A stretch of 64,000 nt of DNA, taken from assembly GCA_053919585.1 (NCBI GenBank), contig CM132791.1, one strand, 5' to 3'. Origin of the DNA: Euprymna scolopes (taxonomy: Eukaryota). Position numbers and translations under genes: made by a program. This document shows positions 38,151 to 51,306 of the stretch, piece by piece (within the stretch, counting starts at the first letter, position 1; each line of letters begins with the position of its first letter). The notes under the pieces were generated by a model, which was not told the origin of the DNA, ran no database searches, and saw nothing but the letters and a program-made list of their open reading frames with translations.

Positions 38151-41100
38151 CGAAGCTGTTTATCTAGAAAATAAAACCTATAAAAAAAGAGCGCGCATTC
38201 ACGTCCTTTATGATGCTGTGTTGCAAAGATACCGAAATACCAATCATTCCAGTAAATCAAGAAGCAACCAAACTCTTAGAATAGAATTCCCAAAACTACC
38301 TGGCAAATATATGCGATGAACAAAGTAAAAATGAGATGAAGACAGATGCATTTAAAAGGATTATTAGAATCTTTAAAACGCCCTTCGGTTATAATGTATG
38401 AGATAGTGGGTGACTATATTGGATAAAGTAGGATGCCCTATCTTCATCAAGAATAAAATGAGAAAATTGAAAATGTCAGGTATACTTAAGGGAAAATAAG
38501 GATAGGGACTGCTTTCTAGAAAAAGAAATATACAAACTAAAATAAACAAATAAAAATATACATTCTCAGATTGCTGCTGAAATGATAATTTCCTAGGTTT
38601 CTCATCCAATCGGAGTAAGTTGACTATTAAGTATTTTACAAATTGGTAAAACATAAGCCAATATATGAAGAAGTAACACGTATGTAACTTAAAAGTTTTC
38701 GAATATTTAAGAAATATTTTAAAACATGCCAATCAGACAGTTTATATAAGAAAATAAAATTTGTACATAGAATCTGCAACCACGTCAAGTATCTAATAGC
38801 AACCTAATAAGACAATGCCGTTCTGCAACTAATCTGGTAAACTATAGCATCTGCAATGGCAATACAGTTCGAAGCTGAAATTAGCTTTCCGGATGCAGAT
38901 CTGGGCGTGTGATAAGGCGACATATGTTTGCCTAATTACCAGGGTGTCTCTCAGTGTTGCAGACAAAGTCCGATGGAAAGGCAAGTCAATACGGTCGGAG
39001 ACAGCAAGGAGTTGCCGAAAAATGTTTCAATACATCATCATTTGAATATCCGGACTCCAAACCAGATTTTTTGTCGGTGTTCACTACCTTTGCATGTATC
39101 GTTCCTAAGGCCCCACAATATAGTCGAGCTATTTGCTCATAACAGGTGTAAATTTGAAAATGTTTCTAATTTTGACAAATATAACGTAGGCAAGACAGCA
39201 TAAAACTGTGTACACTGAGCAAAACAATCTAAGTTTTCCAATCGCTGCTTAAGCGATAATTTCCGAAGATCCCCACCCAGATTTCTCCCACGCAAGAGCG
39301 TGGGCTAGCGCCAATTCTGTCTCAATGTTAATTTGGAACCCTTTGCTAACGAATACTCCTTCTAGTGTTCCATTAGGGAACAATAAAAAAACGACTCATG
39401 ATTATTCTCATCACGAAAATCAATTTGTCCAGCCAGTAGTTATAATGGCACATTTAAACAGTTGTCTTTCTTCTTTAGTTTTCTATTCGTCTTTTTAATG
39501 CGTATCTGCTGGTGGCTAGCACTTCGCCCTTCATTTATACAGGATAAAACCGAAAATGGTTTAAAACAAAGAAAGAGTTGAAAATAACAAATGAGAAGTG
39601 TTTGCTAGATGAGCCGTAACTGACCCCCTCGCGACTGAACAGTTGGGAAGGCGGGGAAGAAAAAGAGAGAGGAGGGACAGTTGTTTTTGATCTAAGCTTA
39701 CTGAAAGGATTTTTTGAAAATGTATTCTGTCAGCGAGAAAGATGTATCGTCGTAAATGTAGGACAGGAAAAGGTGGAAATGAGAAAAGGGATAAGACGAG
39801 CATTAAGAGAAAGCGGTTTAATGAGAAACGAAAAAAGTACTATAATTATATATATATAGAAAAATCGTTTAAGTGTTAGTAAATAATCAATTTCAATCTC
39901 GACTTTAAATACCGGCAATTTCACATTATAGATAGTAAGTAGATGTTTTGTTCTTAACCAGAACGCGGTTGAACTTAATTATTACAAAAAATAGAGCTAC
40001 CATAGAGTATTTGATCATTCACGTTACTGTTGTTACCCTGGATGTTATTCGTGCCATATTTCGACTGATCTAATCTCCGACCTTTTTCAGGTGTAGCCTG
40101 TCTAACTCGGGAATCTTACATTCGGACTTTGGAATCAAAGTTTTAATCCACAAGGTTAGCATGCTGTGATTTCGTCACTCATAGTTTAAATCATTCGCAA
40201 TTGTTTTCTTCAATCGCCCTCACTGATGATTAGATATTCAACCTACAAACACGTGTCACTTACAACTTTATTTGACCAAGTAGTGTATCCATTATGCCAA
40301 GCAATTTTGCATAACATCCCAGACGATAACATTAATCCGAATACTATAAATAGCCTGGAGTTACTTTTATGTTGATTAATAATGACATAACCGTAACAAA
40401 CACATGTATGGTCCACGGATCTCACAGCTTTTGTATATTTTAATTTCGTATGGCGCATGAAACTACATACATTTACCGGACATTTAAAGTAAAAATAAAA
40501 TAAATATTAAGAAAGAATCGTTTCATGAATGTATGTTTATTGTTTCCTAACAAAAACAACATAACATGTCTGGATTATTCATTACAACATATTATGCGGA
40601 CGGATTATAGAACCCCAGGGTTTTTTTTAAAGCTAGTCGAATTTGGGGGCGAAAATGTTAAAATGACGCATATGATTGCCTTAGCAAGCGTTGGTCTATT
40701 TATGGAAAAAAAGAAATGAAAAGATTCAGAAACAGTTTCTTCAATTCCTAATTTAAAGCATGTCCACAGTCAAGGCTTGATATCCAAGACCAAGGATTGC
40801 TATATCAATCAAGGTATAGCTTCCCACGATCAAGGCTTGATATCAAATGCTTTTAAGAATATGAATGCCCCTAACAAAGAAAATTATGCATATGGTTCTA
40901 TGAGGATTTCATTTTATTTGATATTTCAAACAAATTGTTTTAGATAAAAAAATACTTCGGTTTTTCTTCTTTTAAAATTATAAACTTAGGTCAAACCGCT
41001 GAACTAGAATTCAGATAGTAACCCATATAAAACAATGCCAACACTCTGACATTACATAATATAATACAATAGTAGTTGCTTTTGAGATAAGGCTATATAT

Positions 41101-41159
41101 TAAGTAATAGTTGGTTGTAAATTATTGCGATAGTGTTCGATGTTCGCACGATATCTTTT

Positions 41160-41406
41160 CATCTATCCATAGCCCTTGAGCCTCTGGAGGGGCATAGGCC
41201 ATCTACAACTTTTTGTAGATGCTTTTGTAGCGCGGAGTTCTTTTTTACAGGGTGAGGGTGCTAGCTCCACGCCCAACCTTCCCAGAAGGTACATACAGCG
41301 CCTAGCCTTCCCAAATGGTCACCCATCTGGTACTGGTCAGCCTCAACGTTGCTTAACTTCGGTCATCTGGCGAGAACCGGTGTGTCAACGTGATTGTGAC
41401 ATATGC
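41160..41406 (-). mobile_element. 5S-derived SINE (SINE3-like): 116-bp 5S head (41291-41406) plus body and RTE-like tail
   Basis: Reverse complement gcatatgtcacaatcacgttgacacaccggttctcgccagatgaccgaagttaagcaacgttgaggctgaccagtaccagatgggtgaccatttgggaaggctaggcgctgtatgt is a near full-length 5S homologue. It is followed by ggttgggcgtggagctagcaccctcaccctgtaaaaa and ggcctatgcccct. Confidence 0.75.
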
Positions 41407-41409
41407 ATT

Positions 41410-41705
41410 ATAGTAATAACATGTCGAGCCATGACATGTTTCTCCGTCCTGTGATACTTCTGATCGGCTTCATGAAGGCTACAAATTCTTGACATACATC
41501 GTATGCTGCTGGGGGTCTGATAACATAAGCAAATAATGCTAGAATTTTAACAAGTATGGCAGTGCTGAATGGTTTGCAGCTGTGCATTATAGACGTCTTT
41601 ATCCGTGACTGCACTGGGTTTGATGAATTGGGTAGCTTCTCTCAGTAAATTTCTTTAAAAAGCGTTGATGTTCTCTGTTTAATATTTTGCCCAATATCTA
41701 CATTC
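41410..41705 (-). mobile_element. RTE-clade LINE ORF C-terminal fragment
   Basis: Translates as NINAF*RNLLR...LALFAYVIRPPA...KPIRSITGRRNMSWLD. Paralogue of 32390-32700. Confidence 0.65.
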
Positions 41706-43584
41706 CGATATCTTTGATGGAATTTAATATTTTCTAGTGTCGCAATCTCTTAAGTGTAAAATTATCAGAATGATTCTATTTTCTGACGATATTGAATGTA
41801 AGGATTTAGTCACAGAATGCATAATTACATTTTTTACATAATTTAGATAAAGTTATAGGTAATGTTAAAATATAATTCGAATGACAAAAAAAAAACGTAT
41901 TACCTTGTTAGGCAAACTGTTAAGAAAATATTCTTTCCTTTTTTCGTCTTTTTTTTATATAAAAACCTTCGTACGATGAATTTAGGTATCAGTTTTGTCA
42001 AAGAAAATGAGATACAAATTAATTGCAGAAAAAATGAAAAAAGCCTCCTTACAAGGAAAATCCGATGAATAGCGATATACTTTCTATCTAACTGGCTTTG
42101 CAAGCTCATTTTTTAATATAAAATGTAAGCAATCATTACGTATAACCGTTTTAAATTCGATCGCCGTTCCGTAAGGTAGTCATATACTCAGTGATGTACG
42201 ATTCGTTTGCGCACGAATTGACCTAGACAAGACAAGGTCGACTATGTGGGCATGTATATGCCTGCGTGTGTTGATCTCGATCGTGATATACGGCGATTTC
42301 CCGATAAAAAGATGTGTTTTCTTTCGTGTGTCTGTTTTATAGTGCATGAGTCAATTTTTTTTTTTTTTTGCTATGCTAGTCCTGTTGTGAACAATGATTT
42401 GATTTGCTTGATTTACCAGAGTTCCACCATATTAAAAGTTTTTTTATAATCATTTAATTGCAAAACAATTCAATAATTATCTGGATTCGTCGCTTTTACG
42501 GCATAACTACCTATTTTATTAGCGGTTCACGAATAATAAAACAACGTGCCTTTTGTATATGATGCATTACGGCTTAATTGCTATTTTACCCACAGCTGAG
42601 AAGGACTTTTTCATAGCTTTTCTGATTGTGTTTCTGTATGAATGAATTTTCGAAATTCGAATGGATTCGAACTCTAGTTTAACCGATTCCATTATCAAAG
42701 GTAGTATCAATTTCAACGCTCGTGCCCCAAGCCTCATTAATTTTATGAGAATTTCGTTCTATTTAATTACTCTATTCAGGTCAACGAAACGCAATACTTA
42801 CCTGGGATTTAAAGCTAACGTTCGGGTTTGATTTAAGATTCAGAATATTAAAGTCAAGTTATTTTATTTACCTCTTATCCATGAGGTAAGACACAAGGTC
42901 AAGTGTGGGTTTCATAGAAATGTTTCTGTGGAACAAACTAGATTCGAACTCATGTTTTCTAGCCCATGTCAGTAACCCTTCTAATACATTCACACTGTGA
43001 GATTATTATATTAATGAACGATCAAAATTATATGAAATAGTTCTCAACATAATTTGAAAACTAATAAAAGAATACTAATCCACCAGTATTAATGAAAATA
43101 TAAGGGAAAAATACGTTTGTAAATGTGTTATGTAATGAATAGAGCTGTGACAACAGCATATTCTTTTGATTATTTTGACTCTTGAGTATATATCCGTTAA
43201 TATCTTATATGTTTTCATATAGACTGATGCGGTTCTCGGTTAATTGGCTATGTCTTACTGTGTCGGGTATATACTTGAGAGTCAAAAGAATGAAACGAAT
43301 ATTCTGTTGCCACAACCCTAGTAATGAAATCAGAACCAGAACAGTAAGCATCTACGAAACAAACAGTACTTTACCAACGCGGCATAACACTAAGGTGATT
43401 GAAACGGTTTCCTCCGAAAGAAGTATAAGGAGAGTATTATTTCACAAGCGGTTTCCAGCCGCATATATATCTAAGTGAGGGAGGCTGGCAATGTTAGGCG
43501 TTTGCAGTTTTTGTTAAGACGTGTCGACGTACTCCTACATACATATTCTTCAATGCTTACCCATCTGGTACAGACCTTTTCTTT

Positions 43585-43955
43585 TTTTTACACAGTGATC
43601 ACCACTTATCAAGGCTCGGAAGCCACTCAGGGATAAGGGTTATTGCAAGTACATTACGTTAGTGTGGAGATTTGATGAAGTGTTTACTTAAGGAGGCGGT
43701 TTATTAGAAATTTGTTAACGTTGGACTTGAACACATCCAAGTTGTAGTCCGGTGGAAAGCAGGCAGACGGAACAGAGTTCCACAGGCGTACAGTTCTAAG
43801 AAAGAAGCTTTGTTCATGGAATCTGCGTTTTGATTTAGGCACAGATAAAGAGTGGGGGGAACTTTTGACAGTGGATTCAGCTAGACGGGTGTTTTTTGTA
43901 AAAGATTGGCGAGGGGGGGCAGAGGTTGGAGTTCAGACGAGCACCTGCCATGGAA
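43585..43955 (-). mobile_element. CR1-like LINE 3' fragment
   Basis: FHGRCSSEL and SVPKSKRRFHEQSFFLRTVRLWNSVP motifs, plus 3'UTR and poly(A). Confidence 0.88.
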
Positions 43956-44553
43956 GACCTAACTAAATTTTGCTTTACTTTAGTGAGACAACACGTTTTG
44001 ATTTGATCTCCTTACTTTCCGGGTTTATGTAGAAACAGTTAAATCAATGAAAATAATTTATAGTGGAAACGAGACGACTTTTTAAAAATATAGTATGACT
44101 GGGCATGGATGATAGTAAGGATCGAACTTTTGAACTCATCTAATTTTAAGGCACAGTACAATGCTGTTCAGTTCTTCTTGTTTAAAAGAATTTGAATCAT
44201 TTCGAAACTTCTATAAAACTGTCAACATAACATTTGGCAAAGACTATGAATTTTCCTGCAGTCAACAGCTTAAAAACATTATGCAAGTTTAAAAAAGAGT
44301 GAAAAAAAAAATCGCGCACTGATATATTAGAGAAAACAAGAGAAAATCAGATAAAAATCTATTTCAGTTATATACACTATGTACAATCGTATAATGTCAA
44401 TAATTATGAAATCGTGTTTTAAACAAAGGAAAATAAATGAGGTAATGTGAGCCGGGAGAAAGTATATAACATTTTATCTAGAGGATTTTCACAGTTAAAT
44501 TGATTCAATTGTTCACAATTTAATAAGAAATAAAATGTAGCTTTGTAAAAACA

Positions 44554-45081
44554 TATAGGATGGGTTCCTAGAAACGGCGAACTTTAAATTAAAATAAATC
44601 ACCGAAATATATTTTTATTATATTAGTATTTTGTTTATTCCAATTAATTTTTAGCATATATTATTTGAATGCACTTCAAGGCATATGGATCCTGCGACGT
44701 AATCATGTATAACGTAATCTAGAGATCAAATTTGCGCAACTGTTAGCAATAAATCAGTCTGTATTTCGACAATAACGCGTCGAATGTTGTCTTTTAAATA
44801 GTCTATTGCATCTGGTTTATCAGAGTAAACATGGTATTTTACATATCCTCAATCACATAATCTAATGACGTTAAATAGCACGGACAAGGTGGCCAGTTAA
44901 AATGATCCGTTCATCAAATGTTTCTCTCCATGAAATTATCGTGTTGCATCGACTTGCTGAAACCACATGATAAATTGCTAAACTAAGCTGAACTCAGAAG
45001 AACCAATAATTGCCTAAATCTTCAATTAATTAAAATAGAACTCTTAATTTAAATTGTGTCGTCTCTAGAAAACATCCTATA
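44554..45081 (-). mobile_element. Internally deleted rosa/DD41D-type Tc1/mariner element with TIRs
   Basis: Ends TATAGGATGGGTTCCTAGAAAC and (reverse complement) TATAGGATGTTTTCTAGAGAC. Internal MWFQQVDAT and NWPPCPCYLTSLDY...GYVKYHVYSDKPDAIDYLKDNIRRVI. Confidence 0.78.
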
Positions 45082-45214
45082 AAAGTAAGTTTTATTTTCC
45101 ATATTTCAGAAACGCCTCTGTTCATTATAAAAATATAGTTTGTTGATGAAACCATTTTTAACGTTTTTCATTAGCCTGTTTTCCTTGTTTTCGAATTTTG
45201 TTTGCTTACTTGAA

Positions 45215-46355
45215 AGTCACCAATTATCGAGGCCCGAATGTCACTCGAGGATAAGGGTTAATGAATGTAAGGTGATAATTTAGTAATCGTTAGTCGTGCA
45301 AATAGTGTAGCATTTGATTATTTATGATGACGGATCAACAAGAACTTGTTTACATTGGATATAAGTACCACCCTATTGTATTTAACAGGGAAGCAGTCCA
45401 GCGAACACTGTTCAGCAGACGGTCAGTTCTGAGAAAGAAGCTTTGTTGATGGAATCTGCGATTTATGCACATATAGAGTGTGGGGGGGAATAGTTTATCA
45501 TAGTTGTAGCTAGTAGCGTGTTTTTGTGAAAGTTTGGCAAAGGGGCACCATAGATTAGAGTTCAGTCAAGCACTTGCATGAAAATAATGATAAACAGAGA
45601 TACGCTCGCATTGTCTCCTCTGTGGAAAAGAGATTGCAAGGAAGAGAAAAGGGCATCATCTACTTGGTTTCGAAACCGGTTTTGAACTCAATCAAGGCTG
45701 AATAGAGTGCCCTGAGGAGCTCCTGCTCAGAAGTGGCAACAGTACTCCATTTTATGGCTACCAGCTTTTATACAGATAGAGATTTGCAACGGGAGTGAGA
45801 TACTACTGGAATGGTAGAATGATCCAACCATTTGTCCAGCAACCTTGGCAACAGATTTGATGTATGTGTTCCATTTCAGATCAGGAATGAAGATTAGTCC
45901 AAGAAGCTTGTCAAAACACGGGGCTTCCCAAACATGGGATACATTCATCTCAGTAACGTCGTGATGTGAGGTCAGAGCGATTATGATGAAAATAGGAAGT
46001 TAGCTTTTCGATACATTAAAATTAATCAGCCACCTTTATCCTCATTACCAAGTTCTCAAGATCAGAAGAGAGATAATCAGTAATTAGTCACTGCTCGCCT
46101 TTACATTGTTTCCATAGGATGTAGTGTCATCTACATACATGTCTACGAATGATCTAAGAATATGATTTAGGAAATCATTGATGAACATTAAGAATAGCGT
46201 TAGGCTCAAGATGGAACCTTGAGGAACGCAAGCGTTAATTCTGTCTGTTTCTGATTTCTGCCCATTAGCAACTATTCTTATAAACCTATCAGAGAGAAAA
46301 GATTTAATAATTCAGCGGACATTTCCAGATATTCCATAGCTGGTAATCTTGTAAG
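45215..46355 (-). mobile_element. CR1-like LINE RT 3' half
   Basis: VPQGSILSLTLFLMFINDF, MYVDDTT, LLGLIFIPDLKWNTYI and MEYCCHF motifs, plus 3'UTR. Confidence 0.9.
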
Positions 46356-47034
46356 ATAAACATTTACTAACAGGATCTGTGGAAATTCCACAGGGAACTT
46401 CTTCATGTGTAATATATTGATGTTGGCATTCTGTAGGTATTCAGCGTATTAGGAGACGCTCTGATATGATTGTAGCTATTTTGTTAAAACTGCAAAAGTA
46501 TTTATCAAAGCCAGTAGAGATGCCCGGCGTAGCCAGGTCGTAAAATACGCTTAAATATGATATTTTAATACGTGCAAATTTCGAATATATTATTATAAAG
46601 TTAATGTTGTATCCATTTTTATATATTATAAAGTTGCGATTTAAAATAAAAAATATATCCATATGACTGGATTTTATCAGCTTGAATCNNNNNNNNNNNN
46701 NNNNNNNNNNNNNNNNNNNNNNNNNNNNNNNNNNNNNNNNNNNNNNNNNNNNNNNNNNNNNNNNNNNNNNNNNNNNNNNNNNNNNNNNNNNNNNNNNNNN
46801 NNNNNNNNNNNNNNNNNNNNNATCGAAACCGAAACCAAAATTTATGAACAATTCTTGATAAAATTATTTATAAGAATAATAGATTACAAAGGTGTCATCA
46901 GCTAAAATCAAAACAGAAACGAAGTCTCATGAAGCATTCTTGATAAAATTATTTAAAAAAATACATTATAAGAATGGCATTAAATATAATCGAAACTGAA
47001 TTAAAAAAAGCTTATAAGGAATTCTTGATAAAAT

Positions 47035-47985
47035 ACATACATGGAATACTTTGAGGAAATGCCATTATAATCAACATAACTAACGCCAACAATATGGTTG
47101 CGATATGTAGATGACATATTTATACTCTTGCCACCTCCGAAAGATGTTCAAATATTTCTAGACCATGTGAACTCGATCCATCTAGCTATACAGTTCACTA
47201 TAGAAAAAGAGTATGACAACAAGTTATCGTTCCTAGATGTGTTGATAATCCGCACTGGTCAGGCGTTATATCATCTTTCACTGTACAGAACATAAACTTC
47301 AACTTCCACCATTCATAAAATGTAAAGAAATAAAATCGTTCCCTAGAAAACCGGACAAAAGCAATATGTAGTAACAGCAGTGCATATCAAGAGGGCAGTA
47401 TAAAAGAAACCCTCCGTCGAAACAACTATCCAGAGAGCTTGAGATAAGCCACAGGAAATATGAACCAGATGCAAAAGGACACCACTCAGAAACTCACAAT
47501 AGTTTATATACCATATATGAATGGCGTGTCTGAAAAACTTCAACGAGTATATAATCTATATGACATCAAAAGTGTATTCAGGCGTGATTCACATCTCCGG
47601 AAACAGCTTGTGAGCATCAATCCCCCTAAAGAAAAAATCTTGATTAAGAATTGTGTATATGAAATCCCATGTAAATGTGGAAAACTATACAAAGGGTAGA
47701 CGTGTCGTATCACTTTTGTTAGGGTTAGAAGAACGCCGTAGTACGCGGAGAGATTGAAAAATCACACATAGATGACAATATCTGAAAGGAAAAGGGAAAC
47801 TACCTACCATTATGGGATGAAATACAAATCATAGATGGAGAGGAACAGCGGAGAGAAAGCTGACTCAAAGAAGCAGCACTCATGCTGGGGAATAAGCAAT
47901 TACTAAGTAGACCCAGTATAAAATAAATGCGATGTGGGAACCATTAATGATAAACAATAGATAATATATATGAGTAATAACTAAG
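47035..47985 (+). mobile_element. Penelope-like element 3' half (RT + GIY-YIG)
   Basis: WLRYVDDIF...IQFTIEKEYDNKLSFLDVLI, VYIPYMNGVSEKLQR and NCVYEIPCKCGKLYKG motifs. Confidence 0.92.
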
Positions 47986-47988
47986 AAC

Positions 47989-48049
<61 letters not shown>

Positions 48050-48056
<7 letters not shown>

Positions 48057-48805
48057 CTGAATGTCTGTGTGTGTGTATGTGAGTCTGGTCACGAATAGGC
48101 TCCTATATGGTTGACTATTTTAAAAAACTGATTACATATAATGATAGAAGATATATCGAGACACAGTAATGGGTATGTTTGATCCTGCAGAACGGTGGTT
48201 CATTAGAACTGTGGGATCTGCGTTCGCACCTGGTCCACAAGGTATGGAAATAAAAAAATTAAAAATTAAAAAAAAACGTTTACAAGTGTTTTTGATATAG
48301 ATGTACATAAGAATACTTTGATTAGTATGTTTTAACTTAAATAGGGATGGTATGATAAAATTGTGGGGTCTGCGTTCGCGCCTGACCTCCATAGAATGGA
48401 AAGAGGCATACACTTTAATAAAGACTTGTCATATCTATCTGCGTAAGTATACTTTGGTAATTATGTTTCAGTTTGAAGAAATATGGTATAATAAAATTAT
48501 GGAGTGTTTGTTCGCGCCTGACCTCTATAGAATGGAAATATGTCACAAAGTTTAACAAGGTTTTTTAATATAGATCCACAGAATATTGTGATAAGTGTTT
48601 CAATGTGAACAAGTATGGTATAATAAATTATGGAGTTTATCTATTTTATTTTTACTTTCATCATATTTTTCTTTGGTTTTGATACCCCCGAATTCGAAGC
48701 TATCTATTTACAGCCCTTCCTTTTCATAACCTATCATACTTTAATAAATCAGAGTCCTTTTTGTAGGCTGTTTTTGAACCCAGTCAACGACGGGTACTTT
48801 TTCTA

Positions 48806-48806
<1 letters not shown>
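48050..48806 (+). mobile_element. Non-autonomous Helitron-like family A, copy 3
   Basis: (TA)n-TAAAGCTGAATGTCTGTG...ACCCAGTCAACGACGGGT...CTAG|T-(TA)n. Confidence 0.8.
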
Positions 48807-48871
<65 letters not shown>

Positions 48872-49658
48872 GTGAATAGAGAGTGAGTGACAGGAAACGG
48901 TTTTTTAGGAGGGAAATACAACTCTGCGAGTACAAATTACACGGGATCACCAGCATGTTTAAAACTAAAACTACCTTCCTCACCTCTATATCTCTCACTC
49001 AAGAAGTGCAAGGAGCGTTTTAACAACATCCGTTTCTCGTTACTAACCCTGCATAAGTTATAATACTGATATTCAAAACCAGAAATAAAATGGGTTTAAG
49101 ATTCCTAAAATTTGTATCATAATTGTCCGAAAGTGCTTAGAAAAATAATTGTAAAAATGATATTTTGAAGGTTGACTGTTAATTATTGGTTTATGATGAA
49201 TACAATGAAAGGATTTTAAAACTTTAACTAGAAACTAGAACCAAAGTAAAAATCAATTTCTTCACTTTTGTCGCTTATGGAATTAATTAAAAGTCTATCC
49301 ACCATTTTGTCCACCATTTTGTCTCGTTTGAAGTGTGTTCATAAGATTTCCGGGGAGCAAGATCAACTTATAGCAAATCTTGACACCTATATGATCTTCT
49401 ACATATACCCGCATGCTATCCATAGTCTTTAATATATGTTTCATGTTATTTCAATTATATATCAATAAAAGTAAATATTAGCAACATATTTTTTATCGCG
49501 TTCATATAATGTATATTTTCTAGTCCATCTTCGACGTATAGTCATCACTTTTTAATAAAATATTGCAGTTTACATTGAATAAAAAAGATTTCTATTCATT
49601 TTTATGCACTGTATTTTATTAGTATGCATAAATTTTGAAAAATCTATTTTATTTCATA

Positions 49659-50384
49659 CTAGCGGGGGTACCCGGCGTTGCCCGAGTGTTTGTTTCCGGG
49701 ACGGGGGGGTTAAAAAATGTTATGGTAGGTAAGTAGGAAGGATCAAACCCGGAGTCATGAGTAAAAGTAGGAAAATAAAGTGTGAAAAAAAAAAAGATCT
49801 GCAACGTTAACAGTTCGGCCACCAAGAAAAGTCCATTCCAGTTGTTTAAGAAAAAAAAACGACTACGGTAGGTCGGCGCGAACGTGAAAATATAACGTGA
49901 ATTGTCCAGCACGCTAACCACTACGCCACAGAGCACTGCAGCTTAGTTTAGTGATTTTAAATAACTTCACATGAAAGAACTACGAAGCCAAACCGGTGTT
50001 CTCTTCTCAACTGTTCCTTGTGAACGATCCCCAAACGGTGTTAAGTGGTGGCAGGGGGAGGAGGAATTTATTAGAGAGAAAATATTTTACCACTTCCATT
50101 GATCTTAACCGATTTTGGCCGTGACTTCTCAGCAGAAAAAGTATAGAAATCTAAGATTATCTAGGAATTTGAGAAATAATAAGCCTATAACACACCTCAG
50201 ATATTGTTCTGCCGTTTGTGCATATATTATTTGCATGAAATATCTTGATTTTTAATCCTATTAATGTCAAAATCAGACGGGAAAAAATGAGTTCATGTTA
50301 TTTATATAGAGAAAGAAGAAGATAGAAGAAGATAGATAGATAGAATAGATAGAAGAGAATAGAAGAAGAAGAAGAAGATAGAGA
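49659..50384 (-). mobile_element. Non-autonomous Helitron-like element C
   Basis: Reverse-complement 3' end CTCGGGCAACGCCGGGTACCCCCGCTAG|T. The 5' TC lies within a (TC/TTC) tract. The paralogous empty site tttcata|ttaaaa at ~31250-31262 indicates A|T insertion without a TSD. Confidence 0.8.
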
Positions 50385-51251
50385 TTAAAATTGTCTCATG
50401 ATGGTTGGGATTAATAACTGATGTTGTTCTCGGTTTATTGGCTATGTCTTACTGTGTCGGTTATATACTTGAGAGTCAAAAGAATGAAACGAATGTTCAG
50501 CTCTTGTAAGGAGGTGTCGACATCCTCCTAAATATATATTCTTCATACTCACTCATCTGGTACAGACCAGACTCAATGTTACTTAACTTTATATTCTTAG
50601 TTTTTTTTTTTATATTTTAAGGATGTTTGTAAAGTTTTGTGACTACAACTCATAAAATTTTAGTTTCATTCTACGCAGTAACCAGGAATAGAAAGGTTAA
50701 AATTTTAGAGTGACTATCTGAATTTTTGCTTACAGTTTTGCTCTGGTAAGGAGGATTAACATTCTTTGAAACTCTGCAGATTAAGGAGCACCTAGCTACC
50801 AGTTTTGGAGTATTCTGCCGAATAATAAAACTTTATTGTAAACTTCTACTTTACAGCTCTGTTCTTATTATCAGTATTTATATATACATACATACATACA
50901 CATATATATATACATGCATGCATGCATATATATATATATACACATGAGTGTATGTGTGTGTATACTGAGAGAGAGAGAGAAAGAGAGAGTTTTCACACCA
51001 TATTTAAAATGGGAATACATATATTCAGTATTTTACATATGTCGCTGGATAGAATATTTAGATCATTCTATCGCTCCAGAAGTACTTGACTCCAGACACA
51101 ATTCTAAACCAATAAATATATCTAAGGGGACTACCGCTGTTACACTTAGGAATATCTACCCAGATAACTGATTCATAATGGTCGGCTCCTTAGTTTAAAT
51201 GTGGATTCTGTACATAATATGTACATGATAATGTAAGTGTACATGCATATA

Positions 51252-51306
<55 letters not shown>

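Noticed and set aside
41291-41406. Functional 5S rRNA gene
   Set aside because: Multiple substitutions, no oligo-T terminator, not in a tandem array, and embedded in LINE debris.
48132-48555. ORFs conserved between 25620-25829 and 48132-48555
   Set aside because: The similarity comes from copies of non-coding Helitron-like family A, and the frames are not preserved across copies.
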